DNA of 56,633 nt. Origin: Hyphomicrobiales bacterium. GTDB lineage: Bacteria; Pseudomonadota; Alphaproteobacteria; Rhizobiales; Devosiaceae. A model generated the notes under the pieces. The model was not told the origin of the DNA. It saw nothing but the letters and a program-made list of their open reading frames with translations, and searched no databases. A program made the translations under genes and the position numbers. This document shows positions 17,967-27,617 of the stretch, one piece after another. The number at the start of each line of letters is the position of its first letter. Position 1 is the first letter of the stretch. Location: NCBI GenBank assembly GCA_026989045.1, contig JALSJY010000172.1:1-56633 (forward strand). The letters run 5' to 3'.

Positions 17967-18014
17967 TGTCATAATTGCGAGCTGAAAATATTATAAACTA
18001 AAGAACCTACCTTT

Positions 18015-19430
18015 TTATTCAACATCAGCAATGCGAATCATATTGGTCGTTCCTGAAATTCCAAGTGGAACGCCAGCTGTTATGGCAATTCTATCACCTA
18101 TATTTGCAAAGCCTTCACTGATCGAAATTGATGAAGCTCTTTCAACCATATCTTCTAAATCTTTTGCATCTTGTGTCTGTACGCAATGCAAACCCCAGAC
18201 CAAAGCTAGACGGCGGGCAGTGCGTAAATTTGGTGATAATGCAATAATTGGAATAGCAGGTCTCTCTCGCGCGGCGCGAAGTCCAGTTGAGCCAGAAGAA
18301 GTATAGGTGACAATTGCTGCTAGGCTTAGGGTTTCAGCAATTTGGCGGGTAGCAGCTGAAATTGCATCGGCAGTAGTGGGCTCTGGCTCTGTTGCATGAG
18401 CGCGAATGATAGATTGATAATTATCATCACCCTCAACTGCAATTGCCACTCTATCCATCATTTCAACTGCTTTTATTGGATATTCACCTGCCGCACTTTC
18501 AGCCGAAAGCATAACGGCATCAGCGCCTTCAAAAACTGCAGTAGAAACATCTGAAACCTCAGCGCGAGTTGGCACTGGCGCACTTATCATAGATTCCAGC
18601 ATTTGCGTTGCTACAACAACTGGCTTGCCATGTCTGCGAGCAAGGTGGATAATTTGCTTTTGTATTCCCGGAACAGTTTCAATTGGTAACTCAACTCCAA
18701 GATCACCACGAGCAACCATTAGCGCATCTGCTAAAAGAATAATCTCCTCTAGTCTTTCAATGGCCTGCGGCTTTTCAACTTTGGCTAATATTCCAGCCCG
18801 CCCCTTAACAATTTTTTTAACGTCATAAATATCTTCAGGACGTTGAACAAAAGAAAGTGCAATCCAATCAGCTTGATTTTTTAATGCCTCGTCAAGATCT
18901 TCATAATCTTTTTCTGTAAGTGCACCCATTGGTAAAAGCGTATCTGGGAAGCTAACACCTTTTTTATTTGATAATTCTCCACCGTGAATAACTTTAGTTT
19001 CAATCTTCCCGTTTGAGATATTTTTGGCCTCTAGCTCAATTTTACCATCATCAAGTAACAAGCGGTCCCCAATTGATACAGCTTTGAAAATTTCAGGGTG
19101 AGGCAGATGCACACGATTTGCATCGCCCTCTATTTTCTTATCGTCAAGAGAAAAAACATCACCATGTTTCAGCATAATCTTTTTATTTGCAAATTTCCAT
19201 ATTCGTAATTTTGGCCCCTGCAAATCAACCAAAATGCCAATTGGATGATCAACAGAAATTTCTACTTTTCGAATTAGCTCAACCGTCTGCGCCAAAACTT
19301 CATGGCTAGCATGACTCATGTTGATGCGAAAAACATCAGCTCCCGCCCGCACTAATTTCTCAATGGTTTTTTCATCGTTTGATGAGGGCCCAAGGGTTGC
19401 TAATATTTTAATACGTCTATTTCTTTTCAT
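18015..19430 (-). CDS. pyk: Pyruvate kinase
   Basis: Contains IKILATLGPSS, FRINMSHA, MVARGDLGVELP and ATQMLESM. Confidence 0.92.
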   Translation of the reverse strand: MKRNRRIKILATLGPSSNDEKTIEKLVRAGADVFRINMSHASHEVLAQTVELIRKVEISVDHPIGILVDLQGPKLRIWKFANKKIMLKHGDVFSLDDKKIEGDANRVHLPHPEIFKAVSIGDRLLLDDGKIELEAKNISNGKIETKVIHGGELSNKKGVSFPDTLLPMGALTEKDYEDLDEALKNQADWIALSFVQRPEDIYDVKKIVKGRAGILAKVEKPQAIERLEEIILLADALMVARGDLGVELPIETVPGIQKQIIHLARRHGKPVVVATQMLESMISAPVPTRAEVSDVSTAVFEGADAVMLSAESAAGEYPIKAVEMMDRVAIAVEGDDNYQSIIRAHATEPEPTTADAISAATRQIAETLSLAAIVTYTSSGSTGLRAARERPAIPIIALSPNLRTARRLALVWGLHCVQTQDAKDLEDMVERASSISISEGFANIGDRIAITAGVPLGISGTTNMIRIADVE

Positions 19431-19451
19431 TTTTTTCTCTTTTATGGCGAG

Positions 19452-19922
19452 TTATTCTGTCTGTTGTTCGCCGGTGGTTATTTTTTCTGTTAACTCAAGT
19501 GTCCAGTCGGCTTTATTTTGTGTGTCTACTTCAAAAAATCCAGTGCGCTCATATCCCCTTGCAAGACAATCCTTTATTCCAAAAATGGTAAAGGTTTCAT
19601 CTCTTGTGCACATAAATACTTTGCCATCCCATGCCCCGCCACCAATATCATCAACCGCAAATAAATAAAAATATCGAGAATCTAGATCACCATTAAAGAC
19701 AGTTGCGCAATCATTTGGTGCAGCAATCCACCAGCCTTCAGATTGCCAACCACGCTCAGCACGATACCCAAGCGCTATATTTATTGAATTTGAAGTTTTG
19801 TTACAAACTCGTAAATCGGCAAATGCCGGCAATGTTATAAAACCAAGTGATAAAGCCAACAAGATTACGCTAAGGCTAATTTTTATGCTCATTGATAGAT
19901 AAGTGATTCGAATTTTTTTCAT
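19452..19922 (-). CDS. DUF1036 family secreted or membrane protein
   Basis: Signal-like N-terminus MKKIRITYLSMSIKISLSVILLALSLGFITLPAFA, then LRVCNKTS...IALGY...GWW, the DUF1036 pattern. I chose the ATG at 19922. The track ORF extends to 19982. Confidence 0.65.
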   Translation of the reverse strand: MKKIRITYLSMSIKISLSVILLALSLGFITLPAFADLRVCNKTSNSINIALGYRAERGWQSEGWWIAAPNDCATVFNGDLDSRYFYLFAVDDIGGGAWDGKVFMCTRDETFTIFGIKDCLARGYERTGFFEVDTQNKADWTLELTEKITTGEQQTE

Positions 19923-20118
19923 ATATATATCTTTTTGCTCATTCATCATTAAAAAGTCAAACATCTCATTTTTTATAATCATTTAATGGCCTAATTATGT
20001 GATAATTTTATTATCACAGAACAAAAACTAGCGTATAAGTTGAAAATACTTGAGTTGAAGTCATTTTATCCATACCTATAAACTTCAATTTTAATAAAAT
20101 GACTTTACGGAGAAATAA

Positions 20119-20385
20119 ATGTTAGAGCAAGGCGTTGCAGGCGAGCAATTACGTTCAATCATCGAGCGTATTGAAAATTTAGAAGAAGAAAAAAAGACTA
20201 TTTCTGATGATATTCGTGAAGTTTATGCCGAGGCTAAGGGCAATGGCTTTGATGCAAAAATATTGCGCCAAGTCGTGCGGATAAGAAAAATAGACAAAGC
20301 GGAGCGCATGGAGCAAGAGGCTATACTAGATTTATATATGCATGCTTTGGGCATGGTGCCAGATTTAAGTGATAAAGATTCTTAA
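20119..20385 (+). CDS. gapR: GapR (DUF2312) nucleoid-associated protein
   Basis: [48 protein letters not shown]...EAILDLY closely matches Caulobacter GapR as I recall it. Confidence 0.85.
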   Translation: MLEQGVAGEQLRSIIERIENLEEEKKTISDDIREVYAEAKGNGFDAKILRQVVRIRKIDKAERMEQEAILDLYMHALGMVPDLSDKDS

Positions 20386-20387
20386 TT

Positions 20388-22319
20388 TTATAATATCTGA
20401 CTAATTTTATTACCTTGCCCAATTGCCTCAAGAGCCCTTGAGGCAATTGCTTTGTGCTCAAGCCCTGATGCGCGATATAAATCGTCCACACTTGCATGGT
20501 CATCAAAACGATCAGCTATCATAAGCGGGCGGAATTTTAACTTGCCATCTAATAGCCCACATGTTGCTAAAAATGAAGCAACATGCGAGCCAAACCCACC
20601 AATTCCGCCAGTTTCAACACTAAGTAATGTTTCGTGATTGTTAGCTAATCTGGTAATTAAATCTGTATCAAGAGGCTTCATAAAACGTGCATCAGCTATG
20701 GTTGTTGATAAACCAAAAGAAGCAAGAATTTTAGCAGCCTTTTTGCACTCTTCTAATTGCGTTCCAAAACTAATTATAGCAATTGAAGAGCCCTCCTGCA
20801 CAATATGCCCCTTTCCAATTTCAAGAATTTTGCCAACTTGAGGCAACTCAACCCCCACGCCTTCACCACGCGGATAACGAAATGAAATTGGCCCTTCATC
20901 ATAGGCAGCAGCAGTTGCAACCATATTGCGTAATTCAGCCTCGTCAGATGCTGCCATTATTGTCATGTTAGGAATAGCGCCTAAAAAGGCATTGTCATAA
21001 TTGCCCGCATGAGTTGGCCCATCTGCTCCAACAAATCCCGCCCTGTCAATAGCAAATCGCACAGGCAGTTTTTGAATGGCGACATCATGAATTATTTGGT
21101 CATAACTACGTTGTAAAAATGTTGAATAAATAGCTACAAATGGCTTTAGCCCCTCGGTTGCAAGGCCAGCAGCAAAGGTAACAGCATGTTGCTCAGCAAT
21201 ACCAACATCAAAACAGCGATCTGGAAATATTTCATCAAATTCATCTAAACCAGTGCCAGAGGGCATAGCGGCATGAATAGCAACAATTTTATTGTCTTTT
21301 TTTGCCTCAGCTATAAGTGAAGAAGAAAAAACACTAGTATAGCTTGGTGCATTGCTTGGAACTTTAGTTTGCGCGCCTGTTATTACGTTAAACTTTCCAA
21401 CCCCATGATATTTATCACTAGCATCTTCAGCTGGTTGATATCCCTTGCCCTTTTTTGTCACAACATGAACAAGAATTGGGCCGTTGTGGCTATCACGCAC
21501 ATTGCGCAATACTGGCAATAAATGATCAAGCTTATGACCATCAATTGGGCCAATATAATAAAAACCCATATCTTCGAACAAAGTGCCAGCACCTAATAAT
21601 CCACGTGCAAACTCTTCCGTTTGTTTTGCTTTATTGTGAATTGAACGAGGTAATTTCTCAGTAATATTTTTTATTCTATCACGCACCGAATGATAAGCAG
21701 GGCTAGAAACAAGCCTCGCAAGATAAGCAGACATCGCCCCAGATGGCTTGGCAATTGACATGTCATTATCATTAAGAATAACGATTAAACGCGCATCCAT
21801 CGCCCCTGCGTTATTCATGGCCTCATAAGCCATGCCAGCGCTCATAGCGCCATCACCAATCACCGCAATAACATTGCGCTGATCTTTGTTTATTTCTGAT
21901 GCAACGGCCATTCCCAGACCAGCAGAAATAGAGGTAGAGGAGTGACCTGTGCCAAACGGGTCATATTCGCTTTCGCTTCTATTAGTAAAACCGCTAAGGC
22001 CGTCTTTTTTGCGCAAGGTGCGCATACGATCTTTTCGCCCTGTTAAAATTTTATGCGGATAAGATTGGTGTCCAACGTCCCAAATTAAACGATCATAAGG
22101 AGTATCAAAAACATGATGTAAAGCAACACTTAATTCAACCACACCCAAACCAGCACCCAAATGCCCTCCAGTCACAGAAACGGCATCAATCATTTCTTTG
22201 CGAACCTCACCACATAAAGTTTCTAATTGGGGTAATGAAAAATCACGAATTTTTGCTGGCTTTGATAATATATCAAGCAGTGGTGTTATAAATTTCGGGG
22301 TGCTAGGTCTATTACTCAC
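20388..22319 (-). CDS. dxs: 1-deoxy-D-xylulose-5-phosphate synthase
   Basis: Contains [17 protein letters not shown], the [18 protein letters not shown] motif and the transketolase-like C-terminal domains. Confidence 0.93.
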   Translation of the reverse strand: MSNRPSTPKFITPLLDILSKPAKIRDFSLPQLETLCGEVRKEMIDAVSVTGGHLGAGLGVVELSVALHHVFDTPYDRLIWDVGHQSYPHKILTGRKDRMRTLRKKDGLSGFTNRSESEYDPFGTGHSSTSISAGLGMAVASEINKDQRNVIAVIGDGAMSAGMAYEAMNNAGAMDARLIVILNDNDMSIAKPSGAMSAYLARLVSSPAYHSVRDRIKNITEKLPRSIHNKAKQTEEFARGLLGAGTLFEDMGFYYIGPIDGHKLDHLLPVLRNVRDSHNGPILVHVVTKKGKGYQPAEDASDKYHGVGKFNVITGAQTKVPSNAPSYTSVFSSSLIAEAKKDNKIVAIHAAMPSGTGLDEFDEIFPDRCFDVGIAEQHAVTFAAGLATEGLKPFVAIYSTFLQRSYDQIIHDVAIQKLPVRFAIDRAGFVGADGPTHAGNYDNAFLGAIPNMTIMAASDEAELRNMVATAAAYDEGPISFRYPRGEGVGVELPQVGKILEIGKGHIVQEGSSIAIISFGTQLEECKKAAKILASFGLSTTIADARFMKPLDTDLITRLANNHETLLSVETGGIGGFGSHVASFLATCGLLDGKLKFRPLMIADRFDDHASVDDLYRASGLEHKAIASRALEAIGQGNKISQIL

Positions 22320-22406
22320 TTAAAATTCAATCATATTGGTTTGCATTTATTTTAACGTTAAACGCTTTTAGCAGAGATTTTATTATTTGTAACTGAATAA
22401 TATTAG

Positions 22407-24020
22407 TTAGCGAGAAGCAATAATTAACGGCATTGATGAAATAAACTTATTTGTTTTTAAGCCTGAACTAGCATCATTACTAAACGTGAGTTTTTTAGAA
22501 AAGCGACCCAATTCACTTTCTGGTGAAATATAAGCCTCATCTGGCTCAAATATTATTGCATATCTAGCTGAACTCATTGCCTTTGAATCGGTAAATATGT
22601 CGGCTACATGCTCAAGATCAGGAGCAAATAAAAATATTTCACGCTGGTTAAAATATATTTCTTTGGTTTTGAGCCTGGGTTTTTTGATCAGACCAGCATT
22701 TATAACGGCACTAAAGCTATTTTCAATAATGTTTTGAGTAACTATTGGTAGTGAGCCATTTAGCGATGCGGTGGATATAGGGTCTATTGTGGATTTTGCT
22801 GTATTCTCTTGGCTGTTTTCAATTAAATTTCTTACTGCTTGCTGTGCGCTTGGGGTTGCAATATTTATTGGGGCATAAGCAGAAATTTGCTGACTTAACT
22901 CTTTATCGTTAAGCCTTGATAATAATATTCGTGGCTTAGGAATGATATTGTCATCATTGCTAATATTTGTAGATATATTATTTTGAGCTAAAGGATTTTT
23001 TGAACGCATCAAAGGTGTTGGTGCGTTGTTAGCTAGAGTTTGATTTGAGGGAATTTGCGCTAATTGAATATTAGCAAAATTTGGTCGAGTTTGCGGAATA
23101 GGTGCTTTAGCAGGTTTACTTCTAACATTAGCGCTAATTCGTGTTGGTGCAGTTCTGCTTGCTAGAGAAATATTACCCTCTTCCTGCCCCTCAGATTCTT
23201 CATTACCAAAAAATAAATCCATCAGTGTTCTAGATGAGCTACTATTTGATTTTTCAGCATTCCTTGTAGCATTTGCAACACGAGTAGTGCGAGTTGTATT
23301 TCTTGATGTGCAAGGCACGGTTTTGCATTTTTTCCAATCTGCTAGTGCTAATTGATATCCCTTATTAGAAATAGGCACGCCAGTATTTGGCACGTGCAGG
23401 GTTTTACCATCAGGAAAAAGTCTTTTTAATTGTGCTGTTGTCATGCGCGGCCATGCTCTTACATTACCTGTATCAAGATGCATGAATGGAGAGTTTGAAG
23501 TTGGGTAATATCCCACCCCACCAACTTGTTTCTTCATAGCTATTTGTCGTAATCTAGAAAGCCTTACACCAGGGATATAAAAATCTATAGCTTGACCGTG
23601 GGTGTGGCGTGAATTTTTGGCAACTCCTCGAGATTTTGAGCGTAGCATATTATTTGTTGCTGGAGAGCGATAAGCTGAAACTATGTGAATTGGCCCAGTT
23701 GCGCCGCTTTCTTGGTAAACTTCCCATAATAGATCAAATAAAGCAGGATCCATCTTAGTTGGCTCATTACGTCGCCAGTCTCGCGTCATGTGGTTGAGTT
23801 GTTTTAAACCTTTACTGTCATAGCGCCCATTGCGTTTAAAGGTTATTTTAGCGGTTTCTTTTGTGTGGGTATAATAAAGATATAATGTGCGATCATTACG
23901 CGCACCATTAGCTTCAAGCATGCTAATCGCCAAAATAGCGAACAGTGCGAATGAAAATATCATTATCGCCTGTAAATTTAAGCTTTTTTTAGAAATAGCA
24001 ATCACTCGTTTATGCCCCAA
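22407..24020 (-). CDS. DUF882 / peptidase M15A (YcbK/DpaA-like) protein with a long low-complexity C-terminal half
   Basis: SAYRSPATNNML...SRHTHGQAIDF...HLD metal-binding pattern in the N-terminal ~200 aa. The remaining ~330 aa are Ser/Asn/Thr/Pro-rich. The start is uncertain (TTG at 24020 or ATG at 23963). Confidence 0.7.
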   Translation of the reverse strand: MGHKRVIAISKKSLNLQAIMIFSFALFAILAISMLEANGARNDRTLYLYYTHTKETAKITFKRNGRYDSKGLKQLNHMTRDWRRNEPTKMDPALFDLLWEVYQESGATGPIHIVSAYRSPATNNMLRSKSRGVAKNSRHTHGQAIDFYIPGVRLSRLRQIAMKKQVGGVGYYPTSNSPFMHLDTGNVRAWPRMTTAQLKRLFPDGKTLHVPNTGVPISNKGYQLALADWKKCKTVPCTSRNTTRTTRVANATRNAEKSNSSSSRTLMDLFFGNEESEGQEEGNISLASRTAPTRISANVRSKPAKAPIPQTRPNFANIQLAQIPSNQTLANNAPTPLMRSKNPLAQNNISTNISNDDNIIPKPRILLSRLNDKELSQQISAYAPINIATPSAQQAVRNLIENSQENTAKSTIDPISTASLNGSLPIVTQNIIENSFSAVINAGLIKKPRLKTKEIYFNQREIFLFAPDLEHVADIFTDSKAMSSARYAIIFEPDEAYISPESELGRFSKKLTFSNDASSGLKTNKFISSMPLIIASR

Positions 24021-24174
24021 AACATCTCAACATCGGTATATATTATTTTTATATTTCTAGCATTAGTTAAATTTAGACTATGTTAATGTTAAAAATTATT
24101 TTTATAGTAGCAAGTTTAGTGAATGTAAAACACGGCATAACAATGACGGAGCGACATTTTATTTTTTGTGGTTT

Positions 24175-25824
24175 TTATAGGCCTAACAAAGCCTTAAGAC
24201 GTTTATTATGGCCATAAATATCTACGTAAGAGCGAATATTGCCACTTTCGTCAATTCTCAGGGTAAAATAGGCAAGATGCACTGGAATAGGAGAGGCTAA
24301 ATTATTCCACCGTTCTTTTCCGCCGTCTTTACGTTGAGAGAGTATATTTGTGTAATTTAATTTACTGTCATTTTGCAAAAGCGCTTGTGTAAATTCCCAA
24401 GGATTTTTTACTCGCACACATCCATGGCTAAAAGCACGAGAAGAGCGTGAAAATAATGATTTTGATGGTGTATCATGCAGATAAATTGCATGCTTATTTG
24501 GAAATAAGAATTTTATACTGCCAAGCGCATTTCTTGATCCAGGGAGTTGGCGAACTCGATAATTATTCATGTTAGCCGTTGACCAATCAATCTTGCTTGC
24601 ATCAACAACTCCATTTTTTGAAAGTAGCTGCATGTTGCTTGCAGCGAGAAAAGATGGATTGCTCTTAATTTTTGGGGCGAGTTCATTGTTAAGAATAGAG
24701 CGTGGAACATTCCAATAAGGATTAACTACGACATGTTTAATTTTATCAGAAAAAATATTAGTCTGGAATTTAGTTTTTCCAACTACAACACGTGTTGAAT
24801 ATATTTTTTTTTCATCTTGCATTATTTCAAGGTTAAATTGAGGAATATTCACAAAAACATGAAAATCACCCATGTCGCGTGGCAACCAGCGCCAACGCTC
24901 CATATTGGCAATAATATCAGCCTTTGAGGCATTATTATTTCCATTAAGTGCTGCAATAGTAGCCGGACCAATGACACCATCAACCTTTAAACCTGCCTCG
25001 GCTTGAAATTTTTCAACTTCAACTAAAAGATTTTCATCATATTCATCGCCGCCAATATTTGGTAAAGCAATTCCAAGCCTTTCTCTAATTGATGGCACTC
25101 TTTTATCTATTTCCCCTAGTCGTAATATCTTGCCACTCTCAATTATAATAGCTTCTTCTTCTGCGTCATCTGAGTGTGAGGCTAAAGCGGCTTTTAACGC
25201 AATAAATTCTCGTTGTTTTGGCTCTAAATCAAGTAGAATTTTTGCAGGATTATCAGAATTTGCTAATTGCAGTAAAAGTTTATTCTCATCAATCCTGTTT
25301 AATTTATAATCAAATCTAGAAGAAACTTTAACAGGATCGATGCGACCACCATAGCTATCTTGCGCATAGCGCATGACGGTAGCAGAAAACGCTGTTTCAA
25401 AATGAGCTAATTCAATTGCGCTTGTGCCAAATTTTTTAAGACTTATCTCATCGCTAAGATAATCGCTTGGATTTAAGCCGCTTTGAGCGCTATTTTTAAA
25501 CACTTGCAAAATATCAAGCGCTTTTTGAGAAAGTTCAACCTTGCTATTATTTTCACTTGTTAGCCAAAGAGGCTCGAAATGCCGCTTGCCGTAAAAATAA
25601 TAGAGTTTTTGTTTTTCATAATATTCTTTTGACTCGAAGGGAGAAGATTTATAATCTTCATAAAGGCCAGCTTTTATAACAAGAGCAATTGGACTGCGTG
25701 GCGGTGCAATGATAACACGAGTAACTTCAACCCCATCAATAATAAGAGTTTCTTGCGCTGTGCTAGGAGTAAGGGGAAAAATAAATAATATGCAGGCGAT
25801 GATATAAGTAAAATATTTTTTCAT
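24175..25824 (-). CDS. L,D-transpeptidase, YcbB/LdtD-like
   Basis: PG-binding repeat LKVDGVIGPATIAALN and YkuD catalytic motif YLHDTPSKSLFSRSSRAFSHGCVRV. A signal peptide follows the ATG at 25824. The track ORF extends to 25884. Confidence 0.85.
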   Translation of the reverse strand: MKKYFTYIIACILFIFPLTPSTAQETLIIDGVEVTRVIIAPPRSPIALVIKAGLYEDYKSSPFESKEYYEKQKLYYFYGKRHFEPLWLTSENNSKVELSQKALDILQVFKNSAQSGLNPSDYLSDEISLKKFGTSAIELAHFETAFSATVMRYAQDSYGGRIDPVKVSSRFDYKLNRIDENKLLLQLANSDNPAKILLDLEPKQREFIALKAALASHSDDAEEEAIIIESGKILRLGEIDKRVPSIRERLGIALPNIGGDEYDENLLVEVEKFQAEAGLKVDGVIGPATIAALNGNNNASKADIIANMERWRWLPRDMGDFHVFVNIPQFNLEIMQDEKKIYSTRVVVGKTKFQTNIFSDKIKHVVVNPYWNVPRSILNNELAPKIKSNPSFLAASNMQLLSKNGVVDASKIDWSTANMNNYRVRQLPGSRNALGSIKFLFPNKHAIYLHDTPSKSLFSRSSRAFSHGCVRVKNPWEFTQALLQNDSKLNYTNILSQRKDGGKERWNNLASPIPVHLAYFTLRIDESGNIRSYVDIYGHNKRLKALLGL

Positions 25825-25921
25825 ATAAAAGAGCCTAAACTTTATTAAATATATCGAATCAATATTTTTGTTTAGCTTGAACACTATAACTATTCAATCA
25901 TATAGCGAAAAAGTGAAAGGA

Positions 25922-27397
25922 TTAAGCCGCGTTTTTTTCAATATTTTCGCTAAGCCCATATTCTTTTAGCTTTCGATAAAGAGTTGAGCGACCAATACCA
26001 AGCTCTCTAGCAATTTTAGACATTTTACCATTATAGCGCTTTAAAGCAAAAATTATCAGCTGCCGTTCAAGTTGTGCAATTGGTGTTATATCGCCATCTT
26101 CTTGCAAAAATCTCTCTTTAGTGACGATAGTTTTATCAGTTTTTTCTATAAATAAAGAGCCATCATCAATATGAACAGGGGTTCTTATATTAAAATTTAT
26201 TTGTGATTTATCTTGCTGACTTGAATTATCACTATTTAATTGCGGGAAGTCAGATTTTTGCAACCATGCCTCTTGCGCTAAATTTACCGAACGAAAAATT
26301 GCATTTTCAAACTGTCTAATATTTTCAGGCCAGTTATAATTTTTAAGTAATTGCATGGCATCGGCCGAAATCCCATGAATAGTGCGCCCAGTTTCGGCAC
26401 TGAATCTAGTAATAAAATGCTCAGCTAGAGGGGCAATATCTTCCATTCTGTCGCGCAAGGGTGGTACATAAATGGGGAAAACATTTAGTCGATAATACAG
26501 ATCTTCTCTAAAGCTACCATTTTTCGCCAAGCTTAACAGCCGTTTATTGGTAGCAGAAATTAAACGCACATCGACTTTCTTTGAATCGAGTGAGCCAACG
26601 GGTTTAATTTCTCCATATTGAATAGCATGTAATAATTTAACTTGGGTGCTAGTTGGTAATTCTCCCACCTCGTCAAGAAATAAAGTGCCGCCATGCGCCT
26701 CTTCAAATTTTCCTATTTTGTTGCTTAATATATTATTATTAGCGCCTTTAACGTGACCAAAAAGAACACTGTCAATTTCATCTTTTGCAACGCTTGCGCA
26801 ATTTAAAGAGATAAATGGCTTGCCGCTTCTATCACCCGAACCTTGAATTGAGTGCGCAATTAGCTCTTTGCCAACGCCAGTTTCACCCTCAAGTAAAACA
26901 GGAATATTGCTTTTTGCTGCTTTATGGACAAGATATATTACTCTCTCCATAGCGGGGCTTTTGGTAATAATATCGCTTGGATTAAATTTACCACTTTTTC
27001 TAGCTCGCTCATTTTTCAAGCATTTTTCAAGTCGTTCAATTTTTTGTGCATTTTGAACAGAAATACTAAGCCGCTCTGGCGTTGCAGGTTTAACAATATA
27101 ATCAATAGCACCATAGTGCATTGCAGGATTAATAGTCTCCAATGAAGCTTTAGTAGTTTGAATGATTACAGGTGTGCTTAAGCTTTCATTCCGCATGCTT
27201 GCTAAAACGCCCATGCCGTCAATATCTGGCATGATAAGATCTAACAGCATTACACTAATATTTTGATCCGCTTTTAATAATGACAAAGCCTCTTTTCCGC
27301 TTGAGGCTGTAATTGTACTAAATCCTGCTTTTATTGCAATGGCTTCACTTTGTTGAAGCTGATCTGGCTCATCATCTACTATAAGAATTTTATTCAT
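25922..27397 (-). CDS. NtrC-family response regulator (REC + AAA+ + Fis HTH) with a degenerate GAFTGA loop
   Basis: REC domain (ILIVDDEP, LLDLIMPDIDG, VKP). Walker A GETGVGKE. Walker B LFLDEVGEL. HTH IARELGIGRSTLYRKLK. Where GAFTGA is expected the sequence reads FGHVKGANNNILSNK. Confidence 0.85.
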   Translation of the reverse strand: MNKILIVDDEPDQLQQSEAIAIKAGFSTITASSGKEALSLLKADQNISVMLLDLIMPDIDGMGVLASMRNESLSTPVIIQTTKASLETINPAMHYGAIDYIVKPATPERLSISVQNAQKIERLEKCLKNERARKSGKFNPSDIITKSPAMERVIYLVHKAAKSNIPVLLEGETGVGKELIAHSIQGSGDRSGKPFISLNCASVAKDEIDSVLFGHVKGANNNILSNKIGKFEEAHGGTLFLDEVGELPTSTQVKLLHAIQYGEIKPVGSLDSKKVDVRLISATNKRLLSLAKNGSFREDLYYRLNVFPIYVPPLRDRMEDIAPLAEHFITRFSAETGRTIHGISADAMQLLKNYNWPENIRQFENAIFRSVNLAQEAWLQKSDFPQLNSDNSSQQDKSQINFNIRTPVHIDDGSLFIEKTDKTIVTKERFLQEDGDITPIAQLERQLIIFALKRYNGKMSKIARELGIGRSTLYRKLKEYGLSENIEKNAA

Positions 27398-27617
27398 AAA
27401 ATTACCTAAAAACTCATCTTAAAATTTCTAATTTCACTCACTTTAGAAATCACATGCTCAAACTAAACCTAAAATAGGTCGAATCACATTCCTCGTTTAT
27501 GTCTCATTATGGTGCAGAATAACCCTTCACACTTAACAGGGATTTAATTATAATTTTTAATGACTTGTTATGAGATATTTTTTTGTCCATATCAGTTTAA
27601 CTAATAATTTTTGTGAG

